DNA of 64,000 bases from Desulfobulbaceae bacterium DB1 (GTDB lineage Bacteria; Desulfobacterota; Desulfobulbia; Desulfobulbales; SURF-16), in NCBI GenBank assembly GCA_001914235.1, contig MQUF01000021.1:9007-73006 (forward strand), written 5' to 3'. The position numbers and the translations under genes are program-made. Positions 56,075 to 64,000 of this stretch are shown here, in pieces (position 1 is the stretch's first letter; each line of letters starts with the position of its first letter). The notes below the pieces were generated by a model, which did not search any database, was not told the DNA's origin, and worked only from the letters and a program-made list of their open reading frames with translations.

Positions 56075-57886
56075 ATGACACCGGAAATAATTCTTGTCAT
56101 GGCTGTGCTTGGCGTAGCCATTCTTTTGTTTATTTTCGAATGGGTGCGGGTGGATGTCGTGGGCATCATCATGATGGTGGTCCTGCCCCTTCTCGGACTT
56201 GTCACCCCGAAAGAGGCCATCAGCGGTCTTTCCAGTAATGCGGTTGTTTCCATCATCGCGGTTATTATTATCGGCGCGGGGCTTGATAAAACGGGCGCCA
56301 TGAATTCCCTTGCCCGTCTTATCCTGAAATTCGCCGGAAAAAACGAAAGCCGCATCGTGACGCTCATTGCCTCCACGGTTGCCTTTATTTCAAGCTTTAT
56401 GCAGAATATCGGCGCGGCGGCCCTTTTCATGCCCGCGGCCCGGCGTATCGGCCGGCAGACCGGTATTCCCGTTTCCCGCATCCTGATTCCCATGGGCTAT
56501 TGCGCCATCATCGGCGGCTGTATCACCCTGATCGGCTCAAGCCCGCTGATTCTGCTCAATGACGTCATGAAAATTTCCAATCCCGATGTGGAGCCCTTCG
56601 GCCTTTTTTCCGTGACCCCCATTGGTATTGCGCTTACCGTTTCCGCGCTCCTTTATTTCATCGTGTTCGGCAAAGTGGTCCTGCCGAGTTCCCAGGGGGA
56701 GGAGACCGGCGGCCCCATGTCCGCGGTTTTAAAAAATACCTATCGCGACATGGGCACCCTTTTTGAACTGCACGTGCCGGAGGGCTATTCCGGGCCCCGA
56801 TCCCTTGCCGACCTGGCCATTCGTCCCCATTATTTCACCAGTGTGGTGGCGGTGTCGCACACTGCGCTGAAACAGAAAAATTTTGCCCCCAAACGGGACA
56901 GCGAAATCATGCCGGGTGATGATATTGCCGTGGTGGGAACCCGTGAATTTGTCGAAAAACTCGCCTTGAATTTCGGCTGGACCCTGCGCGCCGAACTTGC
57001 CACCTTTGCCGAAGACCTGTCGCCGAATAATGCCGGCATCCTTGAGGCGATTATCACCCCGAGATCGGAGCTGGCGCGAAAAACCATGCGCGGCTTTGAG
57101 TTCCGCAAACGCTATCAGGTGAATCCCCTGGCGATCTTCCGGGGCAACAAGGTGTTTGTCGCCGGTATTTCAGATATTGTTCTCCAGCCCGGCGATGCGA
57201 TTCTGCTGCAGGGACGCTGGGAAAAATTTCATATGATCAAGGACAAACCGGATCTGGTCTTTACGGAAGAGGTGCAGGGGGAAATCATCAGGACGGACAA
57301 GTTGAAATTTGCCGTGGGCTGGCTGCTTATTTCGCTTGTCCTGATTCTCGGTTTCCAGGTCCAGCTTTCCATCGCGCTGCTCGGCGGTGCGCTGGGGATG
57401 ATCCTCACCGGCGTCATGAGTATAGACGAAGCGTATGATTCAGTGGACTGGATGACGGTTTTTTTGCTGGGCGGCCTTATTCCGCTGGGCATAGCCTTTG
57501 AAAAAACAGGTGCGGCGAAATTTATCGCCGAAACCATCATGACGACCATAGGCACGGTTTCACCCATTGTCCTGTTGACGGTAATCGGCCTGCTCACCTC
57601 ATTTTTTACCCTGGTTGCGTCAAACGTCGGCGCCACTGTTCTCATGGTGCCGCTTGCCATGAACATGGCCGTTTCCGCCGGGGCGGATCCCCGCATGGCG
57701 GCATTGGTCGTGGCGATTGCCTGTTCCAACACCTTTATCCTGCCGACCCATCAGGTCAATGCCTTGATCATGCGGCCTGGTGGCTACCGCACGGTGGATT
57801 ACTTCCGGGCCGGCTCCGGCATGACCATTCTTTATCTGGTTGTCATGATGGCGATTATTTACTTCTTCTATGGGATTACCGCATAA
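56075..57886 (+). CDS. SLC13/DASS-type permease with two central TrkA-C domains
   Basis: 603 aa. TM blocks flank two RCK_C-like segments (LFELHVPEGYSGPRSLADLAIR..., ILEAIITPRSELARKTMRGFEFR...). AAGGAG RBS. Confidence 0.8.
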   Translation: MTPEIILVMAVLGVAILLFIFEWVRVDVVGIIMMVVLPLLGLVTPKEAISGLSSNAVVSIIAVIIIGAGLDKTGAMNSLARLILKFAGKNESRIVTLIASTVAFISSFMQNIGAAALFMPAARRIGRQTGIPVSRILIPMGYCAIIGGCITLIGSSPLILLNDVMKISNPDVEPFGLFSVTPIGIALTVSALLYFIVFGKVVLPSSQGEETGGPMSAVLKNTYRDMGTLFELHVPEGYSGPRSLADLAIRPHYFTSVVAVSHTALKQKNFAPKRDSEIMPGDDIAVVGTREFVEKLALNFGWTLRAELATFAEDLSPNNAGILEAIITPRSELARKTMRGFEFRKRYQVNPLAIFRGNKVFVAGISDIVLQPGDAILLQGRWEKFHMIKDKPDLVFTEEVQGEIIRTDKLKFAVGWLLISLVLILGFQVQLSIALLGGALGMILTGVMSIDEAYDSVDWMTVFLLGGLIPLGIAFEKTGAAKFIAETIMTTIGTVSPIVLLTVIGLLTSFFTLVASNVGATVLMVPLAMNMAVSAGADPRMAALVVAIACSNTFILPTHQVNALIMRPGGYRTVDYFRAGSGMTILYLVVMMAIIYFFYGITA

Positions 57887-57973
57887 CGGCGTTGTGCGTG
57901 CGGATACTTTGTGGAGTGAGGAGAGCTCCACAAGAAGGGCTGCCCGGTTGATCCCGGAGGGCCAATAAAAAAA

Positions 57974-58009
57974 GAGTTGTCGTTGATAAAACGGCACCTC
58001 TTTTTTTTT
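57974..58009 (+). terminator. Rho-independent terminator after the SLC13 gene
   Basis: The stem gagttgtcgtt / aacggcacctc (one mismatch, one G-U) is followed by T9. Confidence 0.6.
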
Positions 58010-58173
58010 GTTTGATTCGTCAATTTGCCGGCCGGGGCGACTCGATTTCTTTCTTTTGACATTCGTTTGAGCCGATGATAGAGTCCAGTCCTGCCCGACA
58101 ACAGGGATTTGAAGTGAGATTTCGGCTACGAGACCGAAAATTGAATTACGTGGACCGGGGAGGTCCGAAAAGT

Positions 58174-60036
58174 ATGAAAAACAGAACTGTCTCCTTTTTT
58201 CTGATTGCGTTGTTGGCCATCTTCGCATTCGTCGGGGTGGCGCGCCCGGATGAAATCATGGCCCCCCAGGGCGATCCCCCTGCGGATCAGGACCAGACCA
58301 AATTGCAGGTACTGCAATCCTTGAATCAAATTGCAATCTCCTTGACCCATATCATCTCATATAACGATAAAGTGGTCCTTGATCAGGAATATAATACCAT
58401 CATCAACAACCTCAATTTGAGCAGGATCCCCGACGCTGAAATTATCTCGTTGCTCCAAGAGCTTATGGACCTGCTCGCCAATTCTAAAATTCAGGACCAT
58501 GATCGGTCCTATCTCGCGCGGAGCTACGAGCGGGACGTCGAAAACGAGCTTGAGAGAAGTGCGACGTCCCGCATCTTAGACCCCGCCGGGTTCATCGCGA
58601 ATCCGTATACCGGCATCTTGATGGCGGTGGTCAATGCCGGTTCCTTTTATTTCAATTACCGTTTTAAAATCGAGGATTACAGGAAAGCGCGCGAAGAAAA
58701 GGCATGGGAAATCGATGAGAAGACCTTGCTGGGGCTTAACAATTTTTACAAAAAATTGCTTAAATCCTCCTGGGAGTTGATGCGCCATTATAATTTGCCG
58801 GATGAATGGCGCTTGAATGAAAATCAACTCTCCGATTATACCGCCATTTTGAAAGAGTCCAACCTCGAGTTACGGTATCGCAAATTGGAGCGGATTGAAA
58901 ACAGCTTCCAGAAATTCCCGCCCTACTGGTACTACCGGGGCCAAGCCGCCCAGGAAATCGGTAACAAACAGGAGGCGTTACGCTGTTTCAATCAATTCCA
59001 GCAGATTCATCAGGGCCTCTTCCGAAAAGACCCCTACGCGGCATCCACCGCCATGCGCAAATCCATGTTGCTGGAGGGGCAGGCGACGCCGGATCAGCTC
59101 AGGCACGACCTGAAAATCATTGTGGACAACTCGGATGATGAAGACTGGGGGAACATCCTCTTTGCCGCCCTGCAATACGCCCGCATCGGCGATGTGGACA
59201 ATGCCGGCCGGTTGATTATGAGAAATTTAGATAACGGGCACATGGCCTTTATTGAAAATCCGGAGATGGTCCATGCCGTGGGTCCGGCTTTGCTGCTCAA
59301 CTCTCGTCCGGACGTGTTTAATCGAATCATGGACACGGTGATGGAAAACGACAAAATCAAAAATTACGATGTGCTGTGGCTTTACGGGCAAATTCGCAAT
59401 CGTGATATATTAAACCGGATCAAACCCGAATTCGACCGGATCCTCCTGGTCACAGCGAATAAATCCTTGCTGAATCCTCTCAACCTCTTTAAAGGCGACA
59501 ACCTCACCTTGTTCCTGCCCACCCGGTGGATGGCGGATAACCTGACGATCCGACTGCACCTTGCCACGGAGAATGAGACCCGCGAGTTTCTTCCCTCTGA
59601 GATGGGTCCGTTGCCGAAGTTCCCGGAAATAACCGTGCTGACCTTTAACGACGTTTTGTCGGTAAAAACTTACATCAAGAAAAAACGGACGGCCCAAATC
59701 GCCATTGACCTTGTCCGGGAAAAGCTTGCCGAGGATAAAACGGATCAGGAGGCTTACTCCATCGCGATGATTTTCAACACCACTTTCGTGCCTTCCGCAG
59801 AGAAGTCGGCGAAAGAGAGGGACTATGCCGCGAGCCTCGCAGCCAGCATCGCCGGTGGCGGGAAAGTGAAAATTTTTGACCCCGATGCGTCGGCAGATCA
59901 GCAAGCGTCCACCCAAGACCAATCTGCGGAAAAAGAGGAAGACGCCGGCGATCTGGTCTTGTGGCTGGCCAAAGAAAAGCTTGTGGTGAACGGAGAAGCC
60001 TTTGGGTGGAGTGATCAAGGGATAATTTTTGAATAG
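58174..60036 (+). CDS. Secreted protein of unknown function (620 aa)
   Basis: The signal peptide is MKNRTVSFFLIALLAIFAFVGVARPDE. I recognise no motif except a TPR-like stretch (YWYYRGQAAQEIGNKQEALRCFNQF). The C-terminus is acidic and Ser/Ala-rich. Confidence 0.6.
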   Translation: MKNRTVSFFLIALLAIFAFVGVARPDEIMAPQGDPPADQDQTKLQVLQSLNQIAISLTHIISYNDKVVLDQEYNTIINNLNLSRIPDAEIISLLQELMDLLANSKIQDHDRSYLARSYERDVENELERSATSRILDPAGFIANPYTGILMAVVNAGSFYFNYRFKIEDYRKAREEKAWEIDEKTLLGLNNFYKKLLKSSWELMRHYNLPDEWRLNENQLSDYTAILKESNLELRYRKLERIENSFQKFPPYWYYRGQAAQEIGNKQEALRCFNQFQQIHQGLFRKDPYAASTAMRKSMLLEGQATPDQLRHDLKIIVDNSDDEDWGNILFAALQYARIGDVDNAGRLIMRNLDNGHMAFIENPEMVHAVGPALLLNSRPDVFNRIMDTVMENDKIKNYDVLWLYGQIRNRDILNRIKPEFDRILLVTANKSLLNPLNLFKGDNLTLFLPTRWMADNLTIRLHLATENETREFLPSEMGPLPKFPEITVLTFNDVLSVKTYIKKKRTAQIAIDLVREKLAEDKTDQEAYSIAMIFNTTFVPSAEKSAKERDYAASLAASIAGGGKVKIFDPDASADQQASTQDQSAEKEEDAGDLVLWLAKEKLVVNGEAFGWSDQGIIFE

Positions 60037-60278
60037 TTTCAATGGACTCACCATGAGCCGGCAACGCCGTTCAGGGATGGCGTGGCGCCAAAGCTGAGAG
60101 AGCATGGCGTGTGCTGCGGGAATATTGAGTTGGTTCGGGTGGAAATTTCCAGCTATCTTGCGATAGATTGAGGTGGAACCGATAAGGCGCAGTGGACGCA
60201 GCATGAAATCGATACTGTTTGCAAATAAAAAAAGGATCACCGGAATACCGATAATTCTATGATATTAATACTAATTGA

Positions 60279-60356
<78 letters not shown>

Positions 60357-60374
60357 ACGTTCAATGAGTGCAAT

Positions 60375-60403
60375 CAATTAGCATTAACTGCGTTTTGCGT
60401 CAA
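60375..60403 (-). promoter_or_regulatory. Candidate sigma70 promoter for tRNA-Pro
   Basis: On the minus strand: TTGACG (60403-60398), 17 nt, TAATTG (60380-60375). Confidence 0.4.
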
Positions 60404-60464
60404 GGAAAAAGCCCAAGTCGGCAGGGGAAAATAGACTATTTGCTAATTTTATTGTTCAAAATGG

Positions 60465-60493
60465 TTGACGGCGGAAAAGCAAGTTGCTATATT
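60465..60493 (+). promoter_or_regulatory. Candidate sigma70 promoter for tRNA-Asn
   Basis: TTGACG (60465-60470), 17 nt, TATATT (60488-60493), about 25 nt before the tRNA. Confidence 0.55.
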
Positions 60494-60517
60494 TGCCGCT
60501 TCGTTGGGCACCAATAT

Positions 60518-60912
<395 letters not shown>

Positions 60913-61032
60913 TGTGAATCGGCATGCAATAATGACCCACTAAAGGGGGAAATCGGCATTCAAAATTGACCCACCTCAGCCCCTGCTCCATACTCTTTGG
61001 AAATCTATCAGAGAGAGGAGAAAAGAAAGGAG

Positions 61033-62553
61033 ATGCTGAACGTGGAAACAATCCGTAAAATCCGACAGGCCTATTTTAGAGAGGGGAAAGGAATTCGAGC
61101 GATCACCCGCGAGATGAACCTTTCCCGCAACACCGTCAGAAACATCATCCGAAGTGGCATAACCGATCAGAAGTACGAGAGGGTCTCCCAACCCCATCCC
61201 AAGTTGGGTTCCTTTATTGAGAGGCTGCGTGAGCTCTTGCATGAGGATGCCGACAAGCCGGTCCGTCACCGTCGGACTGCCCAGTTGCTGTTTGAACAAC
61301 TGCAGCGAGAAGGCTACGAGGGTGGCTACGATGCCGTCCGTCGTTACGTGGGGATATGGAAGAGGTCGAGTGGCACTGCTATTGTTCAATCCTACGTACC
61401 TCTTGAATTTGTTTCCGGCGACGCCTTCCAGTTCGACTGGAGCTATGAACAGGTTGAGCTGGCTGGGGTTCCGGTGGAAGCGAAGATCGCTCAGTTCCGC
61501 CTCTGCCATAGTCGCAAACCGTTCTGCATCGCCTATACTCGCGAGACCCTGGAGATGCTCCTTGATGCCCACATCCGGGCCTTTGATTTTTTTGGTGGTG
61601 TCTGTTGCCGGGGCATTTACGATAATCTAAAGACGGTGGTCAGCAAGGTGCTGATGGGCAAGGACAGGGTATTCAACCGCCGATTCCAGAACCTGGCTTC
61701 CCATTATCTGTTTGACCTTGTGGCTTGCACCCCTGCCGCCGGCTGGGAGAAAGGGCAGGTGGAGAATCAGGTCGGCGTGGTCAGAAAACGTTTCTTTGCC
61801 AAGCGCCGCCGCTTTGCCTCCCTTGAAGAACTGAACGAATGGTTGGCGGATGAATGCCGGAATCATGCAGCCACCACCAGGCATCCCGAGCGCAAGGAGC
61901 AAACCGTCGCCCAGGTCTTTGCCGAGGAGAAAGACAAACTTCTGGCACTGTCGGCATCACCGTTCGACGGTTACCAGGAAAGCGTTAGCCGTGTATCTCC
62001 GCAACTGTTGATCAATTTTGACCGCAACCGTTACAGCGTAGATGCCATGGCGGCCGGCAAGACAGTGTCGGTACGGGCATACGCTGACCGAATCGTCATG
62101 GTGATGAACGGTACTGAGGTTGGCAGCCATCGTCGCCATCTCGGTCGCGATAAGGTCATTTACGACCCCTGGCATTATCTGGCCGTTCTGGAGAGGAAAC
62201 CGGGAGCATTGCGAGACGGAGCCCCTTTCAAGCAATGGGATCTGCCGGAAGCAATAGTCGAAGTCAGGCGAATCCTTGAAAATCGAGTAGGCGGCGATCG
62301 GCAGTTTGTCAATATCCTGTCTGTGGTAAGCCGTTATGGCCTCGAATCGGTGGCCGTTGCCTGTGCCCAGGTTGTAGAAGACAAAACCGTCAGCAGTGAC
62401 ATCGTCCTCAGTATATTATCCAGAGAACACGAGGAGCCACCGTCGGAACCGTTGCCGCTGTCAGCCCAACTGCCGCTGATCACGTTAATTCCGGTGGTGG
62501 ATTGTTGCCGTTACGATCAGCTGCTTTCCGGAGGTGCTTATGGTACTACGTGA
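61033..62553 (+). CDS. istA: IS21-family transposase IstA
   Basis: [42 protein letters not shown] (HTH) followed by an integrase-core region. Start is the ATG at 61033 after GAAAGGAG. Confidence 0.9.
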   Translation: MLNVETIRKIRQAYFREGKGIRAITREMNLSRNTVRNIIRSGITDQKYERVSQPHPKLGSFIERLRELLHEDADKPVRHRRTAQLLFEQLQREGYEGGYDAVRRYVGIWKRSSGTAIVQSYVPLEFVSGDAFQFDWSYEQVELAGVPVEAKIAQFRLCHSRKPFCIAYTRETLEMLLDAHIRAFDFFGGVCCRGIYDNLKTVVSKVLMGKDRVFNRRFQNLASHYLFDLVACTPAAGWEKGQVENQVGVVRKRFFAKRRRFASLEELNEWLADECRNHAATTRHPERKEQTVAQVFAEEKDKLLALSASPFDGYQESVSRVSPQLLINFDRNRYSVDAMAAGKTVSVRAYADRIVMVMNGTEVGSHRRHLGRDKVIYDPWHYLAVLERKPGALRDGAPFKQWDLPEAIVEVRRILENRVGGDRQFVNILSVVSRYGLESVAVACAQVVEDKTVSSDIVLSILSREHEEPPSEPLPLSAQLPLITLIPVVDCCRYDQLLSGGAYGTT

Positions 62554-63277
62554 CCGGATAATGGAGGCAATCGGAGCCATTGGGCTGTACGGGATGAAGG
62601 ACACCTTTGACGAGATACTGGCCTCGGGCATCAAGAGCAGGGCGACACCCGACAAGATACTCTGTGATCTCCTGGAGGCGGAGTTGGCGGAGCGGCAGGT
62701 CAGAAGCATCCGTTATCGTATGGGTCTGGCGAAGTTCCCTGTAGACAAGGATCTGGACCGGTTCGACTTCACGGCAACCCCGGTCAGCGAGATGCAGGTA
62801 CGCAGCCTTTATGGTGGCAGCTTTCTCTCTGATCACACCAACGTCATCATGGTTGGCGGCACCGGCACCGGCAAAACGCATCTGGCCATTGCCATTGCCA
62901 GGCAAAGCATCAGAAATGGCAGGAAAGCCAGATTCTACAATGTGCTTGACCTGGTGAATCAACTGGAGCAGGAGAAGCTCAATAACCGGGGAGGCCGGTT
63001 GGTGGAACTCTTGGGCAGACATGACCTGGTTGTGCTCGATGAACTGGGCTACCTGCCATTCTCCAAGAGTGGTGGACAGTTCTTGTTCCACCTGATCTCG
63101 AAGCTTTACGAGCGGACTTCACTGATCATTACCACCAACCTGACCTTCGGAGAATGGCCCCAAGTCTTCGGCGACGGCAAAATGACCACCGCTCTCTTGG
63201 ATAGGGTCACGCATCACTGCGAAATAATCGAAACCGGCAACGAAAGTTGGAGAATCAAAACAAGAATCAATAACTGA
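62540..63277 (+). CDS. istB: IS21-family helper ATPase IstB
   Basis: [15 protein letters not shown] (Walker A), LVVLDELGY (Walker B) and [13 protein letters not shown]. The ATG at 62540 follows GGAGG and overlaps the istA stop. Confidence 0.9.
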   Translation: MVLRDRIMEAIGAIGLYGMKDTFDEILASGIKSRATPDKILCDLLEAELAERQVRSIRYRMGLAKFPVDKDLDRFDFTATPVSEMQVRSLYGGSFLSDHTNVIMVGGTGTGKTHLAIAIARQSIRNGRKARFYNVLDLVNQLEQEKLNNRGGRLVELLGRHDLVVLDELGYLPFSKSGGQFLFHLISKLYERTSLIITTNLTFGEWPQVFGDGKMTTALLDRVTHHCEIIETGNESWRIKTRINN

Positions 63278-63371
63278 AAACTACTGCCTGAGGTGGGTCA
63301 ATTTTGAACGCCGATGGTGGGTCAATTTTCAATGCCGATTGACAGTGGGGGCAATGGCGTGGGGAATATAC

Positions 63372-63405
63372 CGTCATGCCCGCTCCGAATGAAGCGGGCA
63401 TGACG
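63372..63405 (-). terminator. Hairpin 20 nt downstream of nrfA stop (putative terminator)
   Basis: Perfect 13-bp stem cgtcatgcccgct / agcgggcatgacg with an 8-nt loop. There is no clear T tract on the minus strand. Confidence 0.35.
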
Positions 63406-63425
63406 TACGCAAGAGCGTTTTTGCA

Positions 63426-64000
63426 TTATTTAGCGGCGGATTCCACCTCCACCAGTTTGTCCTGAACGCCGAAGGGGTCCTTGAATTCCACGTCTTTTTG
63501 CAGCATGAGCTTCTTCTTGCCCCGTTCGTTGAGGTACTTGTCAAGTTCGAGATCCACGTTCACCGGCAGATCTTCACCGGCACGGGTCAAGGCCTGGCGC
63601 AGAAGGGCTTCCGCCTTCATGGCAAAGGCGGTGGAGTCGCCCAGGATGCGCATCGCCTCGGTCGGGTTATGGAAGCCCACGGAGTTTTCGGCGCCGATAT
63701 AAAGACTGCGCAGGAAGGCCTCCATGTAGAAATCCTTGGCCTGCGCGTAGAGTTTCTGATCGATTTCCTTACCCGCCGCCTGCAGGACATGCGCCTTTTC
63801 GATGAGCTTGGCCACCGTGGCGGTGGCGTAGCCGGAACGGATCATCATGGAGGCGACGCGGTCCTGGATGGCAATGACCTGATTACGCAGCCACTCCGGA
63901 GTTTCGGTGTGGCACTGCTGGCAGGCCTTCAGGTCGTTTTTCAGCGGACTGGTCACCCGGTGGTCCGACACCTTGTTCGATCCCACCTTGGTGTAGGGCA
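63426..64000 (-). CDS. nrfA: Cytochrome c nitrite reductase NrfA, C-terminal ~190 aa (partial; N-terminus beyond right edge)
   Basis: ...PYTKVGSNKVSDHRVTSPLKNDLKACQQCHTETPEWLRNQV... contains the last haem CxxCH and the helical C-terminal domain. The frame stays open to the window edge. Confidence 0.8.
   Translation of the reverse strand, partial: PYTKVGSNKVSDHRVTSPLKNDLKACQQCHTETPEWLRNQVIAIQDRVASMMIRSGYATATVAKLIEKAHVLQAAGKEIDQKLYAQAKDFYMEAFLRSLYIGAENSVGFHNPTEAMRILGDSTAFAMKAEALLRQALTRAGEDLPVNVDLELDKYLNERGKKKLMLQKDVEFKDPFGVQDKLVEVESAAK

Larger units (their letters stand above)
60913..63344 (+). mobile_element. IS21-family insertion sequence (2432 bp) with multi-repeat terminal inverted repeats
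   Basis: The ends are TGTGAATCGGCAT... and ...ATGCCGATTGACA. Each end carries two copies of an aatcggcat-N-aattgacccacc module (left 60913-60979, right 63288-63344). The element encodes istA and istB. Confidence 0.9.

Noticed and set aside
59410-60240. 276-aa minus ORF
   Set aside because: It is antisense to the 3' part of the signal-peptide-bearing 620-aa gene and has an Arg/Leu/Gly-biased composition.

Overview
This is a 64-kb chromosomal segment from a GC-rich bacterium. The gene content (NrfA, multihaem cytochromes, carboxyspermidine-route polyamine genes, many two-component proteins) suggests Desulfobacterota, but that is inference only. All assignments come from reading the supplied translations and the DNA; no searches were run.

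Layout:
(1) 1-8441 is a visibly more AT-rich integrative island abutting tRNA-Met. It carries a partial type I R-M hsdM, a putative Panacea-like/MazF-like two-gene module, two tyrosine integrases, AlpA and HTH regulators, and two paralogous unknown genes.
(2) 8.4-13.3 kb is core: tRNA-Met, groES-groEL, ilvE and an AI-2E transporter.
(3) 13.4-19.2 kb holds two orphan periplasmic binding proteins, a TonB-dependent receptor and two degenerate citrate-synthase-like proteins.
(4) 19.2-26.8 kb holds a sulfotransferase, a ThDP enzyme, a HAMP histidine kinase and a REC-PAS-PAS-HK-REC hybrid kinase.
(5) 27.0-32.3 kb is a complete agmatinase / arginine decarboxylase / carboxy(nor)spermidine dehydrogenase / decarboxylase operon.
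(6) 33.0-38.4 kb (minus strand) is a tightly coupled five-gene operon: lysine 2,3-aminomutase, two Ddl-like ATP-grasp ligases, a GNAT, and a GNAT-deacetylase fusion. It matches no beta-lysine pathway known to me.
(7) 38.7-42.5 kb is TetR plus a MacAB/DevBCA-like efflux system.
(8) 43.0-48.9 kb is a c-di-AMP cyclase fused to YbbR domains, a 769-aa protein with a LOG/PpnN-like C-terminus, and a CPA2-RCK cation antiporter.
(9) 49.5-51.5 kb is a Lon protease that lacks the LonA N-domain and has a receiver domain inserted before the AAA+ module.
(10) 52.2-54.1 kb is a 10-haem cytochrome c interrupted by a frameshift in a G6 run.
(11) 54.8-57.9 kb holds three tandem ORFs sharing an FAEAGE(H/Y)xTA motif (the third fused to a USP domain) and an SLC13/TrkA-C permease.
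(12) 58.2-64 kb holds a secreted protein of unknown function, divergent tRNA-Pro and tRNA-Asn, a recombinase remnant ending inside tRNA-Asn, an IS21-family element (istAB) without target duplication, and the 3' part of nrfA.

No CRISPR array and no rRNA were seen. The most interesting candidates are the REC-inserted Lon, the kamA/ATP-grasp/GNAT/deacetylase operon, the cdaA-LOG-CPA2 neighbourhood, the FAEAGE small-protein family and the island's two-gene toxin-antitoxin-like module.
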